Source of the DNA: Thecamonas trahens ATCC 50062 | Lineage: Eukaryota > Protista > Apusomonadida | DNA: 64,000 bases | Direction of reading: 5' to 3' | Assembly: GCF_000142905.1 (NCBI RefSeq) | Contig: NW_013657660.1 | Location: forward strand, 396,056-460,055 | Part shown: positions 19,987 through 30,238 of the stretch, in pieces | Position numbering within the stretch: the stretch's first letter is position 1 | How the letters are laid out: every line of letters starts with the position of its first letter | The notes under the pieces: model-generated | What the model saw: the letters and a program-made list of their open reading frames with translations, nothing else | The model's database searches: none | Told to the model about the DNA's origin: nothing | Translations under genes and position numbers: made by a program

Positions 19987-22125
19987 ATGCCGGCAACCAC
20001 AGCAGCAGTTCTGCTGGTGCTACTACTTGTTGCAGCGCCTGCAGTGACGGAGGCACGATTCGCTTTCGTCGTCCTCCACTACGAGGGCACTCCCGCCGAC
20101 GATGCGTACGTGCTTGGCACGCAGGTGACCATAGCCACGGTGCTGGAGCAGCACCCGGACCCGGCCATTGATGTGGTGGTACTGGCGGTCCACGGCGTGC
20201 GGCCCGAGGTCAAAGCCCGGTTTGCGGCGACCGATCCGAGGCGAGTGGTGGTGAGGGAGGTGCCGGACATCGGCAATCCGTTTGGCCACGCCAAGCCACG
20301 CTTCCGCAAGTCGCTCAACAAGCTGCACGCCTGGGCGCTGGTCGACTACGAGCGGGTCGTCTTTCTCGACTCGGACACGGTTGCGCTCCACGACATGTCG
20401 GCCCTCTTCCGCTGCGGTCACTTTTGCGTTGTCTACCTCAATCCGACCCGATTCCACACTGCGCTCATGGTCATCAAGCCCGACGTTACCGTCTTTAGCG
20501 ACATGCGCGCCGCCCTGCGCCGTTCACCGTCGGATCCAAACGCGCCGGCCTCGCACGACGGTGCCGACCAGGGCTTTCTCAACTGGTACTTTGCCCACGC
20601 ACGCGCCGGCCCGCTATTTGACGTCTACCTTGGCGGACCTGACGGCGGCGAGCGCTTCGAGCACCCGGCCATGCGGCTCACCATCGCCCACGCCATGCAC
20701 CACATCTACTTTTACGAGCACGGGACGTGGGACGGCTACCGCGTGGCAGGTGCACACCCTGAGGTAATTGCCGCCGATCCGCCGGCGCTCTCCATCTCCT
20801 TTCCCGGCCCGACGTGGACCAAGCCGTGGGACTGGCGCGGCTACCTGTTCTTTGTTGGTAACTGGCTCTGGGCCGATGCTCGTGCCCGGCTCCCTTCCGA
20901 CTTGGTATCACCGCCGCAAATTGCTAGTGCAGCGCTGGCCTACGTCGTGATTCCGGCGGCGCTTACGGGAGTCTTCTACGCTCTCGCCCCGGCGCATGGC
21001 GGCACCGGACTGAGCCCGGCCAGCGGCCGCGGTCTCGTCCTTGCCGGCACCGCCGTCACCGCCACGACGTACGGCGTGTACGTAGCTGCCGAGCTGGTCT
21101 CCCCATTTGCCCATCCCTACGCTGGCTTTGCCATTGTCCTCTCCACTGAGATGGTTGCTCAGCACGCCATCCGTCTTGTGGGCGTGTGGATGCTGACGGG
21201 GCATCCGCCGCGGGCTGTGCGCTCACCGCTGTGGCCCACCGTCCTCGCCCTCGCGGCGCGCCTTGCGGTCATCGGCATCGGTGCGTGTCTCTTTCACTTT
21301 GTGCTTAAGGTCCTGCTGCTTGGCGCAGGTATCCTCGCCTCGCTTGCGCTCTCGATAGCGTCGTGGGGCGTGGTCCGCGTTTCCTCGGCACCGGAAGCTC
21401 GCCCGCGCTGCGACGCGGCCAGCCCGCGCCCGTGGGGCTCGTTTCCGGCGTTTCTGACAGGCTTTGCCGTCTTTTGTGTTGGCTCGCTTGTCAACGTCAC
21501 GGGCATGTCGGTAGCCGAGCTGGCTGTCGACCTCGCGCGGCCGCCGCTTGTCGACGTTGTCCACGCACGCTGGCCTGATGCGCAGACTGGAGCCATCGGC
21601 GAGGTCCTTCTCCTCGCCGCCATTGTCACGCCTGTGTTCGTCGGAGTCGTTTACAACAGATTTGCAGATGGGTTTACCATTCTCGGTCGGGTATTTGCCA
21701 GCGTCGGCGCCGTGTACGTTGTCCGCGGAGTGGCCGTGGGCGTCACCGACATTCCGGTGCCGAACAACCACTGCCGCGCATGGGACGGGTGGCGGAGCGA
21801 CGACGACACCCATTGGTCGAACATAGCCGTCGGCCTGAGAACGCTCGGCACAGATCCGCACTGTGGTGATCTGATCCTCTCTGGCCACACCATCGTCGTC
21901 GTAGTCGCCACCGCTGTCATGGTCTCATACTACGCGCGGCTGGTGCCGACAACAACGCTAGCGTCATGCGCGCTTGCACTGGTGGCGAGCGCCTCATTTG
22001 TCCTCTCGCACAACCACTATACTGTCGACGTGTGGCTGGCAGCGGTTGTCACCACTCTGGTGTGGCACTCGCTCCCAGCGGTCTGGCCCTGGCCGGTCGG
22101 CGGCATGTTTCCTTCTTGCTCTTGA
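19987..22125 (+). CDS. Fusion protein: signal peptide + GT8 glycosyltransferase (PGSIP7/8-like, related to IPUT1) + TM block + IPC/sphingomyelin synthase (PAP2_C) domain
   Basis: GT8 motifs: HYEGTP.D, LNKLHAWALVDYERVVFLDSD (DxD), FRCGHFC..YLNP..FHT, DGADQGFLN, FPG..W.KPW.W. SMS/IPCS motifs: PPLVDVVH, R...VT.IPVPN.HC, CGDLILSGHT, HNHYTVDV. One uninterrupted ORF. Confidence 0.9.
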   Translation: MPATTAAVLLVLLLVAAPAVTEARFAFVVLHYEGTPADDAYVLGTQVTIATVLEQHPDPAIDVVVLAVHGVRPEVKARFAATDPRRVVVREVPDIGNPFGHAKPRFRKSLNKLHAWALVDYERVVFLDSDTVALHDMSALFRCGHFCVVYLNPTRFHTALMVIKPDVTVFSDMRAALRRSPSDPNAPASHDGADQGFLNWYFAHARAGPLFDVYLGGPDGGERFEHPAMRLTIAHAMHHIYFYEHGTWDGYRVAGAHPEVIAADPPALSISFPGPTWTKPWDWRGYLFFVGNWLWADARARLPSDLVSPPQIASAALAYVVIPAALTGVFYALAPAHGGTGLSPASGRGLVLAGTAVTATTYGVYVAAELVSPFAHPYAGFAIVLSTEMVAQHAIRLVGVWMLTGHPPRAVRSPLWPTVLALAARLAVIGIGACLFHFVLKVLLLGAGILASLALSIASWGVVRVSSAPEARPRCDAASPRPWGSFPAFLTGFAVFCVGSLVNVTGMSVAELAVDLARPPLVDVVHARWPDAQTGAIGEVLLLAAIVTPVFVGVVYNRFADGFTILGRVFASVGAVYVVRGVAVGVTDIPVPNNHCRAWDGWRSDDDTHWSNIAVGLRTLGTDPHCGDLILSGHTIVVVVATAVMVSYYARLVPTTTLASCALALVASASFVLSHNHYTVDVWLAAVVTTLVWHSLPAVWPWPVGGMFPSCS

Positions 22126-23095
22126 CCTCGGCCAGCTCCTTGGCCAGCCTCTCGGCCCGCGGATCGGCGACACCGGCTCCCGCCATCGCGTCAACCGCAG
22201 CCGCAACAATGTTGTGCGTCCAGATAACGTTGGCTCCAAGGAGCAGCGCCAGCAAAGCGAGTGCAACATATCCAACGTGGTGATCAAAGCCGGCTTGCAG
22301 ACACCCGAGTGATACACTGTACCGTTCGCTCACTACGTCTTTGAGCGCAAACACATCAAAGGCATCGGCGTCCCAGAACAAGACACCAAACGAGAGCAAG
22401 TGACCCAGCACAATAAACGCCGGGAAGATGACCATGCGAGTCACCATCCATACCGAGACAAAGGCACCAAACAGGAGGTGCACCAACCACGCCGGCACAA
22501 CCTCGAGGTACCGCACCACAATGGTGGCGTCCAGGATTGGATCGGCGGCGGCGTGGAGGAGCAGAACAAACACGCCATGGACAGACATGTGCGCCGCCGT
22601 ACTGAGAACAACCAGCACAAGTGTCACAGCATGATGCGCCACCATCAGCCCCCAGTCCCACTCGAGCGTATTGCCGACCAAAGCGTCTGTCCCCATGCCG
22701 CCCAGCTCGCTCGAGAACCACACCATCGCCGCCAGCAGTGCCGGGTCAACATCAACAGTTCGACTAGTCTCGTTCCGCCGCAGCGCGTCCGCGCACCGCG
22801 CCGACTCTACGTCCCACACACCAAATACAGAAGCATCAACAGCGGCGGCGACACTCTCCGTCGGCACCAGCGCAGCCTCAGCCCACAGCCGACGCGCACT
22901 GGAGAGCGCCAGCACCAGGACCACCATCGAGCCCAGCCACATCCAGCTGTGCCTCGCTACTGCCAGCTGCCGCGACCTGCGTTCCACCCCGCCATACTCG
23001 GCCCAGCGACGCAAGCCTGCCACCGCCACCGCCCGCACCGCCACCCCTCCCGCCGCCCCTGCCGCCCACCACACTGCCGCTTCGTCGACTCGCAT
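22049..23095 (-). CDS. Lag1/TLC-domain ceramide synthase-like protein
   Basis: Lag1p-like motif DWGLMVAHHAVTLVLVVLS.....VHGVFVLLLHAAADPILD, then F..F..VW..TRM..FP, L..L...NVIW...I and C-terminal DPRAE (cf. DxRSD). First ATG at 23095; the frame is open upstream to 23182. Confidence 0.8.
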   Translation of the reverse strand: MRVDEAAVWWAAGAAGGVAVRAVAVAGLRRWAEYGGVERRSRQLAVARHSWMWLGSMVVLVLALSSARRLWAEAALVPTESVAAAVDASVFGVWDVESARCADALRRNETSRTVDVDPALLAAMVWFSSELGGMGTDALVGNTLEWDWGLMVAHHAVTLVLVVLSTAAHMSVHGVFVLLLHAAADPILDATIVVRYLEVVPAWLVHLLFGAFVSVWMVTRMVIFPAFIVLGHLLSFGVLFWDADAFDVFALKDVVSERYSVSLGCLQAGFDHHVGYVALALLALLLGANVIWTHNIVAAAVDAMAGAGVADPRAERLAKELAEVKSKKETCRRPARARPLGASATPEW

Positions 23096-23231
23096 CCGCC
23101 TTGTGTCCACCGTCTCGTTCGATCGCGCCGTCGCCTTGACTTGGTCACGGACGAGGAACTCCGCCTGTAGGCGTTCCAGCACAGATGCTCGGCCGGGCCG
23201 AGGTCTTTGACCACACCTGCAAGAGAGTGGG

Positions 23232-23259
23232 AGAGAGAGAGAGAGAGTGTGTGTGTGTG
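23232..23259. repeat. (GA)n(GT)n compound microsatellite
   Basis: Directly visible. Confidence 0.8.
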
Positions 23260-23414
23260 AGCGAGTGAGAGTGTCGGTTCCTGCCGACGTAGCTTGCTGA
23301 CAACAGGCTCAGAGTGAGGTGACGCTGTCATGGGTATACGCGTGAGGTGACTCCTCTCGACCATGGCATCAGCAACGGGGCACAGACGTGTTCATCCACA
23401 ATGTTCACTCTCCA

Positions 23415-26400
23415 TCACACCACGCTATCCAACCCGCCGCCACCACCGCTCTCTATCATCTCGGCAGAACCCAGCATCGATCGCTCGCTCAGGATCGGGC
23501 TCTGACTGGTGCCCAGCGGGCCCGATCCGACATAGCTCACTGTGGCCTGCGACGCAAGCGGCGTTCCTACGTCGCTCATCAGGTTGTCGAGGTGAACGTC
23601 GTTGGTCATGGTGGTCAGGTCTTCGCGGGCAAGGTCAGGATCAAGGCCGGCCATGTCGGCGTCAAACCCGGCCTCAGCCCGCTTCTCGCGGCGCGCGATG
23701 AGCCAAAAGTCGGCCATCACGCCGCCAATGATGAGCGCAACATTGCTGACGATGCCGATATGAATGCCGGCGCTCCGCAGCCCGCCGTCATCAAAGGTGC
23801 CCGAGTACAGCACTAGCGTCGTTGCCGCAAGAACCGCCACAGAGAGTCCGTTGTGGAGTGGCGAGCCGTACGGCCTCTGAAAGATGAGCTGTCCAAGAGC
23901 AGAGACAAGAACAACTACACCAGCGTTGGCCTTGCTCTTATCAGTAAAAAACAGCGCCATGCAGAGGACGACTCCAAGTTTGCGCGCCATGATCGCCGTC
24001 TCAAACCACCACGCTGTCGGCACAAATCGGCCGACTAGAAAGCCGAACTTGATCGTAAACGTGAGTTCGTCTCCCAGCACCTCCCGCTGCCGGCGTAGGA
24101 CCAGCCAGACTACCGCAGGCACACCGATGGCGTAGCACAACACTGCCGCCATGGCCACCGGAAACAGCCCCACCCACCATGCGCTGTTGTAGCAGCTCCG
24201 CGCCGGATCGGCATCGAGCACCCACCGCCCACCCACCTCGCGGCGACACCCAAACGGCGCCATGGCCGCCCGCGCCAGTGGCAGATACAGCAGCACCAGC
24301 AGCTGGAACAGCGTCCGCCCGCACCCGCCCATCAGCTGCGCCAAGTTATCTGCCCGCCGCAGTTTGCCAGGCAGCAGCATCAGCGGCGCTACAGCCACCA
24401 CAGCTGCAGCCGCAAAGACAGGCAGTGCAAGAGTGAGGCCCCACTTGAGCGCCCATGTGTCGGTCCCGGCCGCGGCCGCGCACTCGGGGCTGGTCAGCTC
24501 AAAATCGACGTTGACCGCGCTCGCCACGTCAAAGTACACTTGCGCCAGTCCGCCCCACGCAAGATCGAGCTTGCCGTACATTGCGCTGATCTGCAGCGCG
24601 TTGAGCCCGATCATCGCCGCGGCAAACTTGTACCGCAGGCTCTGGGCAAGGTTGAACATCAGCAGCGCAGCCGTGATCACCAGCAGTCCAACAACCAGAC
24701 ACGCCACAATCGCAGCATTGCGCCCAGCTGCACACTTGCGGCAGCTCGACCCGAGTCGGTAGTAGTTGGGGGCGCATTGGGCGCACAGCCGCGCCGTGTA
24801 ACCCGGTGCGCACTGCCCGTCGAGCAAGCAAGCCGATGCCGTCGGGCATGCCACAAACAGCGTCGGGTCTGTCTCGTCCGGAAAGAAGCCCGGTCCCGAG
24901 ACAGGCTGAGCACTCCCACCGGTGCACACACCGCCGCTAGGACACGGCAAGCAGCCGTCCGCACCGATGACTCCGTCCTGGACCCAAAAGTTGCGCTCGC
25001 ACGAGCACGCGCCCATCGCGTCGCCGCCGAGCCGCACTGCGTTGGCTGGACAGGCCGACAACGCCACGCACTGTGCCAGCGGCCCGGCGCTTTGCTGCGT
25101 CCCCTCACCACACTCGGCACAGACGACAACGCTCGTCGCAGACCCGCTCCCAGCCACTGTGCCCGATCCGGCCCGACATCCGGTGATGTTGACTGTAGCG
25201 CGAAGCGCCGGCACTGCCAGCCCACGGCTGCTCACGCCACCAGCCTCAATCATGGTGTGCGCCGTGAGCGGAATCAGGCTCGCTCCGCCGCCGTCGCCAA
25301 TTGCGCTTGCCACAATCTGGACGGTCAGGTCCGGCAGCGAGACCGCCGTCGACTCGAGCGCCATCGAGCTCGACCCGACCGTGGCCAGGGCGGGATCGGC
25401 CTCATACCGCATCCGCAGCACAATTCGCGGCTCAACCAGCGGCTGGCCGAGCCAATCCACCCCGCGCACTGCGCCAGACGCCGACAAGCCCGGCTCGAGC
25501 GATCCGCTCGGCCCACTCGCCCACGCCATCGACGCTAGTGGCCCGGCCATCACCGCCGTCCCAAGCGTGCCAAACGCTGCAGCGTCGGCACGCAACCACG
25601 GCAGCTTGGCTCGGTCGCTGCGCCCAACCTGGGAGAGGGCAACGCCTGCGCCAGCGCACAAAAACACGTCATTTGCCCGCCGATCCGCGCCACTCACGCC
25701 GCCACTCATCAGCGTCCCAGAGCCTACAAGACTCACCCGCGCCCCGCACACCAGAGCATTGCCGCCGAGGTAGTTGGCCTCCGACATCTCAAGCCGCACA
25801 TCCACTAGCACAATCGTCGGCGGAGCAGGCCCGCTCAGCGGTCCTTCACCGCTGGCGACAGGAACCTCGACTGAGGTCTGGGCCGATGCAAGCTCGACGT
25901 GAAGGTCCGCGGCAACCACCGCAAGCCCGCCACCCGAGCCGCCGGCGCTGTTGCGGCGAATGCTTGTGCCGTCCAGCTGGACTGTTGCGGGCGCCACAAT
26001 CAAGACTCCGCCACCGAGCCCAGCCAGCGCCACAGTGTTGTCCTCGATCGTCGTCGCGCCACGGAGCGTCAGGCTCGCGCCGTTTGCCGCATACAGCCCG
26101 CCGCCGCCGTTGATCGCGGTCGAGCTGGTGATGAGCGAGTCTGCCACAAGTAGCGACGCACCGGTGGCAACCGTCACGCTCCCGCCGAGATTGCCTGCCT
26201 CGTTGTCACGAAACGTGCACGCCTCGAGCGTTGCAGACGATCCCACACCACGCACGTGAAGCGCACCGCCCGAGCTCGCTGAGCTCGCCTTGAACGTCGA
26301 CCGGCGCGCCTCGAGTGACGCCCCGCTCAGCACCAAGACAGCGCCGCCGCGTCCAACAGAAAAGTCCGACTCGTCGGTCCGCGGCGCGGCCGAACATCCC

Positions 26401-29258
26401 TCAAACGTCATGCCGTCAAGGACCAAGCGCGCACCCGAGCCGCCAACTCTTACACCCGGCCCACCAATGAGCGACGTCCGTGCCACACCTGTACCACGCA
26501 CCGTCATGTTGGCGAGGACAAGCTCGCCGATCGACATCCCGGAGGCATCCGGTCCGACGTGGAACAAGACCCCAGCGCTGCCGCACTCAAACACCGTTCC
26601 GGCACTTCCTGCAATCGTCATGGCATTCGAGACAAGGGCGTGCGAGTCTCGCGAGCAGTTGTACTGCGCCGGTGGCAAGTTGACCGTGTCATGGGTGCAG
26701 CGCGATGTGGTGCGGAGACTTGCGCGCACGCACTCGAATGAGCCGCGGCTTCCTGTCTCGCACGCCTTGTCACGAGTCCGGAGGCCACGATGCGTCGGCG
26801 CAAAGACGTGCATTGGCCCGCGAAGCAGGCGTGCCACCCAACCAAACTGGCCGAGCGATCCCGAGCTGGTAATCACGTCAATGTCGCCGTCACCGTCAAC
26901 GTCATCGAGCGAGGCAAAGGTCGTCATTGATGCCGACGCCAGAGTAAGAACTGCACCAAAAGTGCCACTGCCCGAGTTGAGCGCCATGTCGACGTCAGAG
27001 TTGGACATGATCGCAACAAGATCGACATGGCCATCGCCGTCCATGTCTCCGAGCGAGAGCTGGATGGCACCCGCAGCCTTGAGCGTAGCCACTGCCGTCG
27101 GCGTGTTGAACGTGCCGGGCACGCCACCCTGGGTGATGCGCTTGACTACAGTCGAGCTAGTGTCCATGACGAGGATGTCGTTCCGACCATCACTATCGAT
27201 ATCGTCGACCAAAAGCTGCTCGGTCAGACCCGTCGGCGCGTAGATGACAGCGCTCGCGGCAAAGCTCCTACCCGAAGGAAACTCGTTCTCGAACCAGGTG
27301 AGCTCGTCGGTCATGGTGTCGATGACAACCAAATCCGGCGCGCCATCGGAGTTGATATCGCGTAGAACCACAACATCCGCGCCGACGCCCAGTACCGAGG
27401 TAGGCAACGGGAAACTGCCATCTCCGGCATTGAGCGCCCAGACCAAGGTGTCAGACTGGCTCACAGCCACAAAGTCGCGCGCTCCGTCACCGTTGACGTC
27501 GACAACGTCAAAGTGGGCATATGGCGGCGACGGGGTGGTGACCACCGGCTGGCGGGGGCCAAATCGTCCAACGCCGTTGTTGGCCGCCCACACTGGGCCG
27601 CTCGAGACCCATGCAACAACATCGGTGTCACCGTCGCCGTCCATGTCCACAGCCTTGATGTAGCGGACAGCCTGGGCGTCGAAAACTGGCTGGGCCGGGC
27701 CGAAGTTGCCGGCGCCGTCAAAGTTGGCGAACCAGAGTGCGCCAGAACTGGTGCCAACAACAACATCGACGAAGCCATCGGCATTGATGTCGGCGGGCGC
27801 ATGCTCAAAGCTGTCAAGCATGCCACTTGCTGCCACATGCACGGTGGCGCTCGGCGCGACCGCGCTCGAAGTGGGCCACCGCTGCAAGACAGTGTCGTCG
27901 AGCGAGACAAAGTCGAGGCTCGGGCCACTTGCGTAGTTGCCGGCGCAGACATGAAGGAAGCCCAAGCCGAGTGTGCCGACTACCAAGCGCGGGCCAAATC
28001 GCCCACCACCATCGACGTTTTCATGCCAGACCACGTCCTTGGTCTCGACGTGGGTGAGCGCAATGTCGAGGTCGCCGTCGGCGTCGATGTCGGCGAGGGT
28101 GAGGTCGCCAGGAGAGTCGACGGCGGCCTCGATGGCCCGCGGCGGGTAAAACCCTCCTGCACCATCGGAACTTTGGAGCCAGCCAAAGGCTGACTGCCAT
28201 GAAAAGGCAAAGACAAGGTCGATCATGCCGTCGCCGTTGACATCGCCGGCGCGGACATGGCTCGACGAAAAGACCGAGCCGGCGCCGAGCGAGACCAGGT
28301 TGGCCGGAACTCCGCTCGTCCCGTCTTTCATCCATGTCAGCGTGCCGTCGGCGACATCGCTCCATAGAATGTCATTGATCGCGTTGCCGTCGATGTCGAC
28401 AATCAAGACCGATTGCAGGTACGAGCCATAGGTGGTGATGGTGGCGGCAGAAGCAAACGAACCTGCGCCGTCGGTGTTCTCCATCCAGAACATCAGGTGG
28501 CGGGAATCGTGGGTAGTCACCACGATGTCGTCGTCGCCGTCCGAGTCGACGTCACCGACTGCCACTTCATCGAGATCAAACTCCGAGGTCGAGTGGACGT
28601 TGACGCCGGCGGTAAAGCTCGGGCCTGCGGTCTGGCGGAACCAAAGAACCTCGTCGAGGGTGGCTACCGCAACATCAACGAGCGAGTCGCTGGAGAGCTT
28701 CCCGATCGCCACACCGACAATGTTGGCGATACCAGTGCCAACGGTGACAGAAGAGAAGCCGCCGACACCGTTTCCGCGGAACAGCTGCACATCGCTGCTA
28801 CCACGCCGCGCGACGACAACGTCGTCGACGGCGTCGCTGTCCACTCGGCCGCAGATCACGCCCCTTCCAGACGAAACGGCTACGATGGGCACCGGCGAGA
28901 GCGGCACCTCGGGCTTGCACTGCGGAATGTTTGGTCTACCCAGAACCGGGTCCAGTAGCACATCGACCGTCGCCGCTTGCGTGCCGAGCGGCTCCACCAC
29001 CAATGTCACCACCGCTGCCGCCAGCAACGCCCATACCGCCAGCCGGCGCCAGCCGTCATTGCAACGCCCAGCGCCCCGAATCAGCCTCCCACTGTTCGCT
29101 TCCCAGCCCATCACTCGCCTGCATGGGTCAGCTCCTGCGCCACTGCCCGTCATAGTCTGCACTCGGACCCTGGCCCGCTTCAAGTGAAGTGTACCAGAAT
29201 TGCCGCTCGTTGCGCCTGCTCCCATTTCGTGCCGCATTTCGTCAAATCTTACCCGCAC
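23415..29258 (-). CDS. Giant adhesion-receptor-like protein: FG-GAP/VCBS repeats, GGA-type beta-helix repeats, Cys-rich repeats, C-terminal ~7TM domain (paralogue A)
   Basis: Hydrophobic signal; many D(V/I)(D/N)GDG.D motifs; F..N.A...GG repeats; C..C..G Cys-rich units; hydrophobic helices with LYLP, C...W and FLVGRF...WWFE...M.RK. True ATG is uncertain (29237, 29153 or 29111). Confidence 0.88.
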   Translation of the reverse strand: MRVRFDEMRHEMGAGATSGNSGTLHLKRARVRVQTMTGSGAGADPCRRVMGWEANSGRLIRGAGRCNDGWRRLAVWALLAAAVVTLVVEPLGTQAATVDVLLDPVLGRPNIPQCKPEVPLSPVPIVAVSSGRGVICGRVDSDAVDDVVVARRGSSDVQLFRGNGVGGFSSVTVGTGIANIVGVAIGKLSSDSLVDVAVATLDEVLWFRQTAGPSFTAGVNVHSTSEFDLDEVAVGDVDSDGDDDIVVTTHDSRHLMFWMENTDGAGSFASAATITTYGSYLQSVLIVDIDGNAINDILWSDVADGTLTWMKDGTSGVPANLVSLGAGSVFSSSHVRAGDVNGDGMIDLVFAFSWQSAFGWLQSSDGAGGFYPPRAIEAAVDSPGDLTLADIDADGDLDIALTHVETKDVVWHENVDGGGRFGPRLVVGTLGLGFLHVCAGNYASGPSLDFVSLDDTVLQRWPTSSAVAPSATVHVAASGMLDSFEHAPADINADGFVDVVVGTSSGALWFANFDGAGNFGPAQPVFDAQAVRYIKAVDMDGDGDTDVVAWVSSGPVWAANNGVGRFGPRQPVVTTPSPPYAHFDVVDVNGDGARDFVAVSQSDTLVWALNAGDGSFPLPTSVLGVGADVVVLRDINSDGAPDLVVIDTMTDELTWFENEFPSGRSFAASAVIYAPTGLTEQLLVDDIDSDGRNDILVMDTSSTVVKRITQGGVPGTFNTPTAVATLKAAGAIQLSLGDMDGDGHVDLVAIMSNSDVDMALNSGSGTFGAVLTLASASMTTFASLDDVDGDGDIDVITSSGSLGQFGWVARLLRGPMHVFAPTHRGLRTRDKACETGSRGSFECVRASLRTTSRCTHDTVNLPPAQYNCSRDSHALVSNAMTIAGSAGTVFECGSAGVLFHVGPDASGMSIGELVLANMTVRGTGVARTSLIGGPGVRVGGSGARLVLDGMTFEGCSAAPRTDESDFSVGRGGAVLVLSGASLEARRSTFKASSASSGGALHVRGVGSSATLEACTFRDNEAGNLGGSVTVATGASLLVADSLITSSTAINGGGGLYAANGASLTLRGATTIEDNTVALAGLGGGVLIVAPATVQLDGTSIRRNSAGGSGGGLAVVAADLHVELASAQTSVEVPVASGEGPLSGPAPPTIVLVDVRLEMSEANYLGGNALVCGARVSLVGSGTLMSGGVSGADRRANDVFLCAGAGVALSQVGRSDRAKLPWLRADAAAFGTLGTAVMAGPLASMAWASGPSGSLEPGLSASGAVRGVDWLGQPLVEPRIVLRMRYEADPALATVGSSSMALESTAVSLPDLTVQIVASAIGDGGGASLIPLTAHTMIEAGGVSSRGLAVPALRATVNITGCRAGSGTVAGSGSATSVVVCAECGEGTQQSAGPLAQCVALSACPANAVRLGGDAMGACSCERNFWVQDGVIGADGCLPCPSGGVCTGGSAQPVSGPGFFPDETDPTLFVACPTASACLLDGQCAPGYTARLCAQCAPNYYRLGSSCRKCAAGRNAAIVACLVVGLLVITAALLMFNLAQSLRYKFAAAMIGLNALQISAMYGKLDLAWGGLAQVYFDVASAVNVDFELTSPECAAAAGTDTWALKWGLTLALPVFAAAAVVAVAPLMLLPGKLRRADNLAQLMGGCGRTLFQLLVLLYLPLARAAMAPFGCRREVGGRWVLDADPARSCYNSAWWVGLFPVAMAAVLCYAIGVPAVVWLVLRRQREVLGDELTFTIKFGFLVGRFVPTAWWFETAIMARKLGVVLCMALFFTDKSKANAGVVVLVSALGQLIFQRPYGSPLHNGLSVAVLAATTLVLYSGTFDDGGLRSAGIHIGIVSNVALIIGGVMADFWLIARREKRAEAGFDADMAGLDPDLAREDLTTMTNDVHLDNLMSDVGTPLASQATVSYVGSGPLGTSQSPILSERSMLGSAEMIESGGGGGLDSVV

Positions 29259-29936
29259 TCGCAGACAAAGCCAACCACATCCGCCCGAGCCGCCTGAGCG
29301 AGCCGCCTGAGCTGCCCGAGCTGCTTGTTGCAGCTACATTGGAGCATGATGGGGGTAGTTGATGAACATGGTCTCGTTGAGCCAACCATCAGTCGACAAC
29401 TAACCCGTTTGGACCACAAAATGCTAACCCATGACCACCCATGACTACCCATGAATACCAATGATTGACCCTATGAATACCATCGATTAACACATGATTG
29501 CCGCCCGCCCACCCTTTCTGATGACGATGCGCGACGACGACGACGGGCGCCCTCTGGACGCCCAATTCTAACCTTGATCTCGTGTGTATGCGAGCTATTG
29601 ATGGGCGCTCTTATCCACACGTGAGTCCCGTGCCGATTGGCACGATGTGCTGACAAAGATGGCCAGCACAGTAACGGCGAGGAAATCTCCAAGCCGGTGA
29701 GCCATCGGAGTGACCGCTCGGCCCGCAACCGAGAGTGCTGAACAGCTGGCCGAAGAGCCCACCACAGACCACCCATTTGCCAACAACAAAGCAATCCGTT
29801 CGCATGATTAGACAACGGTCGCCAACCCCCCCCCCCCCCCCCCCCCCCTCCCTCACCACTTCAGCCATAGCCATTGTCACTCCTCCCTCCCCCACATGGA
29901 GTACGCCCCCCTCCTCCCCCCTCCCCTCCTCCTCCC

Positions 29937-30222
29937 NNNNNNNNNNNNNNNNNNNNNNNNNNNNNNNNNNNNNNNNNNNNNNNNNNNNNNNNNNNNNNNN
30001 NNNNNNNNNNNNNNNNNNNNNNNNNNNNNNNNNNNNNNNNNNNNNNNNNNNNNNNNNNNNNNNNNNNNNNNNNNNNNNNNNNNNNNNNNNNNNNNNNNNN
30101 NNNNNNNNNNNNNNNNNNNNNNNNNNNNNNNNNNNNNNNNNNNNNNNNNNNNNNNNNNNNNNNNNNNNNNNNNNNNNNNNNNNNNNNNNNNNNNNNNNNN
30201 NNNNNNNNNNNNNNNNNNNNNN
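29937..30222. other. Assembly gap (286 N)
   Basis: N run flanked by poly-C-rich sequence. Confidence 1.
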
Positions 30223-30238
30223 CCCTCCCCCTCCCATT

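Noticed and set aside
23415-29258. Integrin alpha subunit
   Set aside because: FG-GAP repeats are present, but the protein is polytopic and lacks the single TM plus GFFKR tail.
29280-29490. Short degenerate repeats (GAGCYGCCY; CCCATGA) upstream of receptor A, and AACG repeats upstream of GFAT (51670-51825)
   Set aside because: They are low-copy simple repeats with no supportable function.
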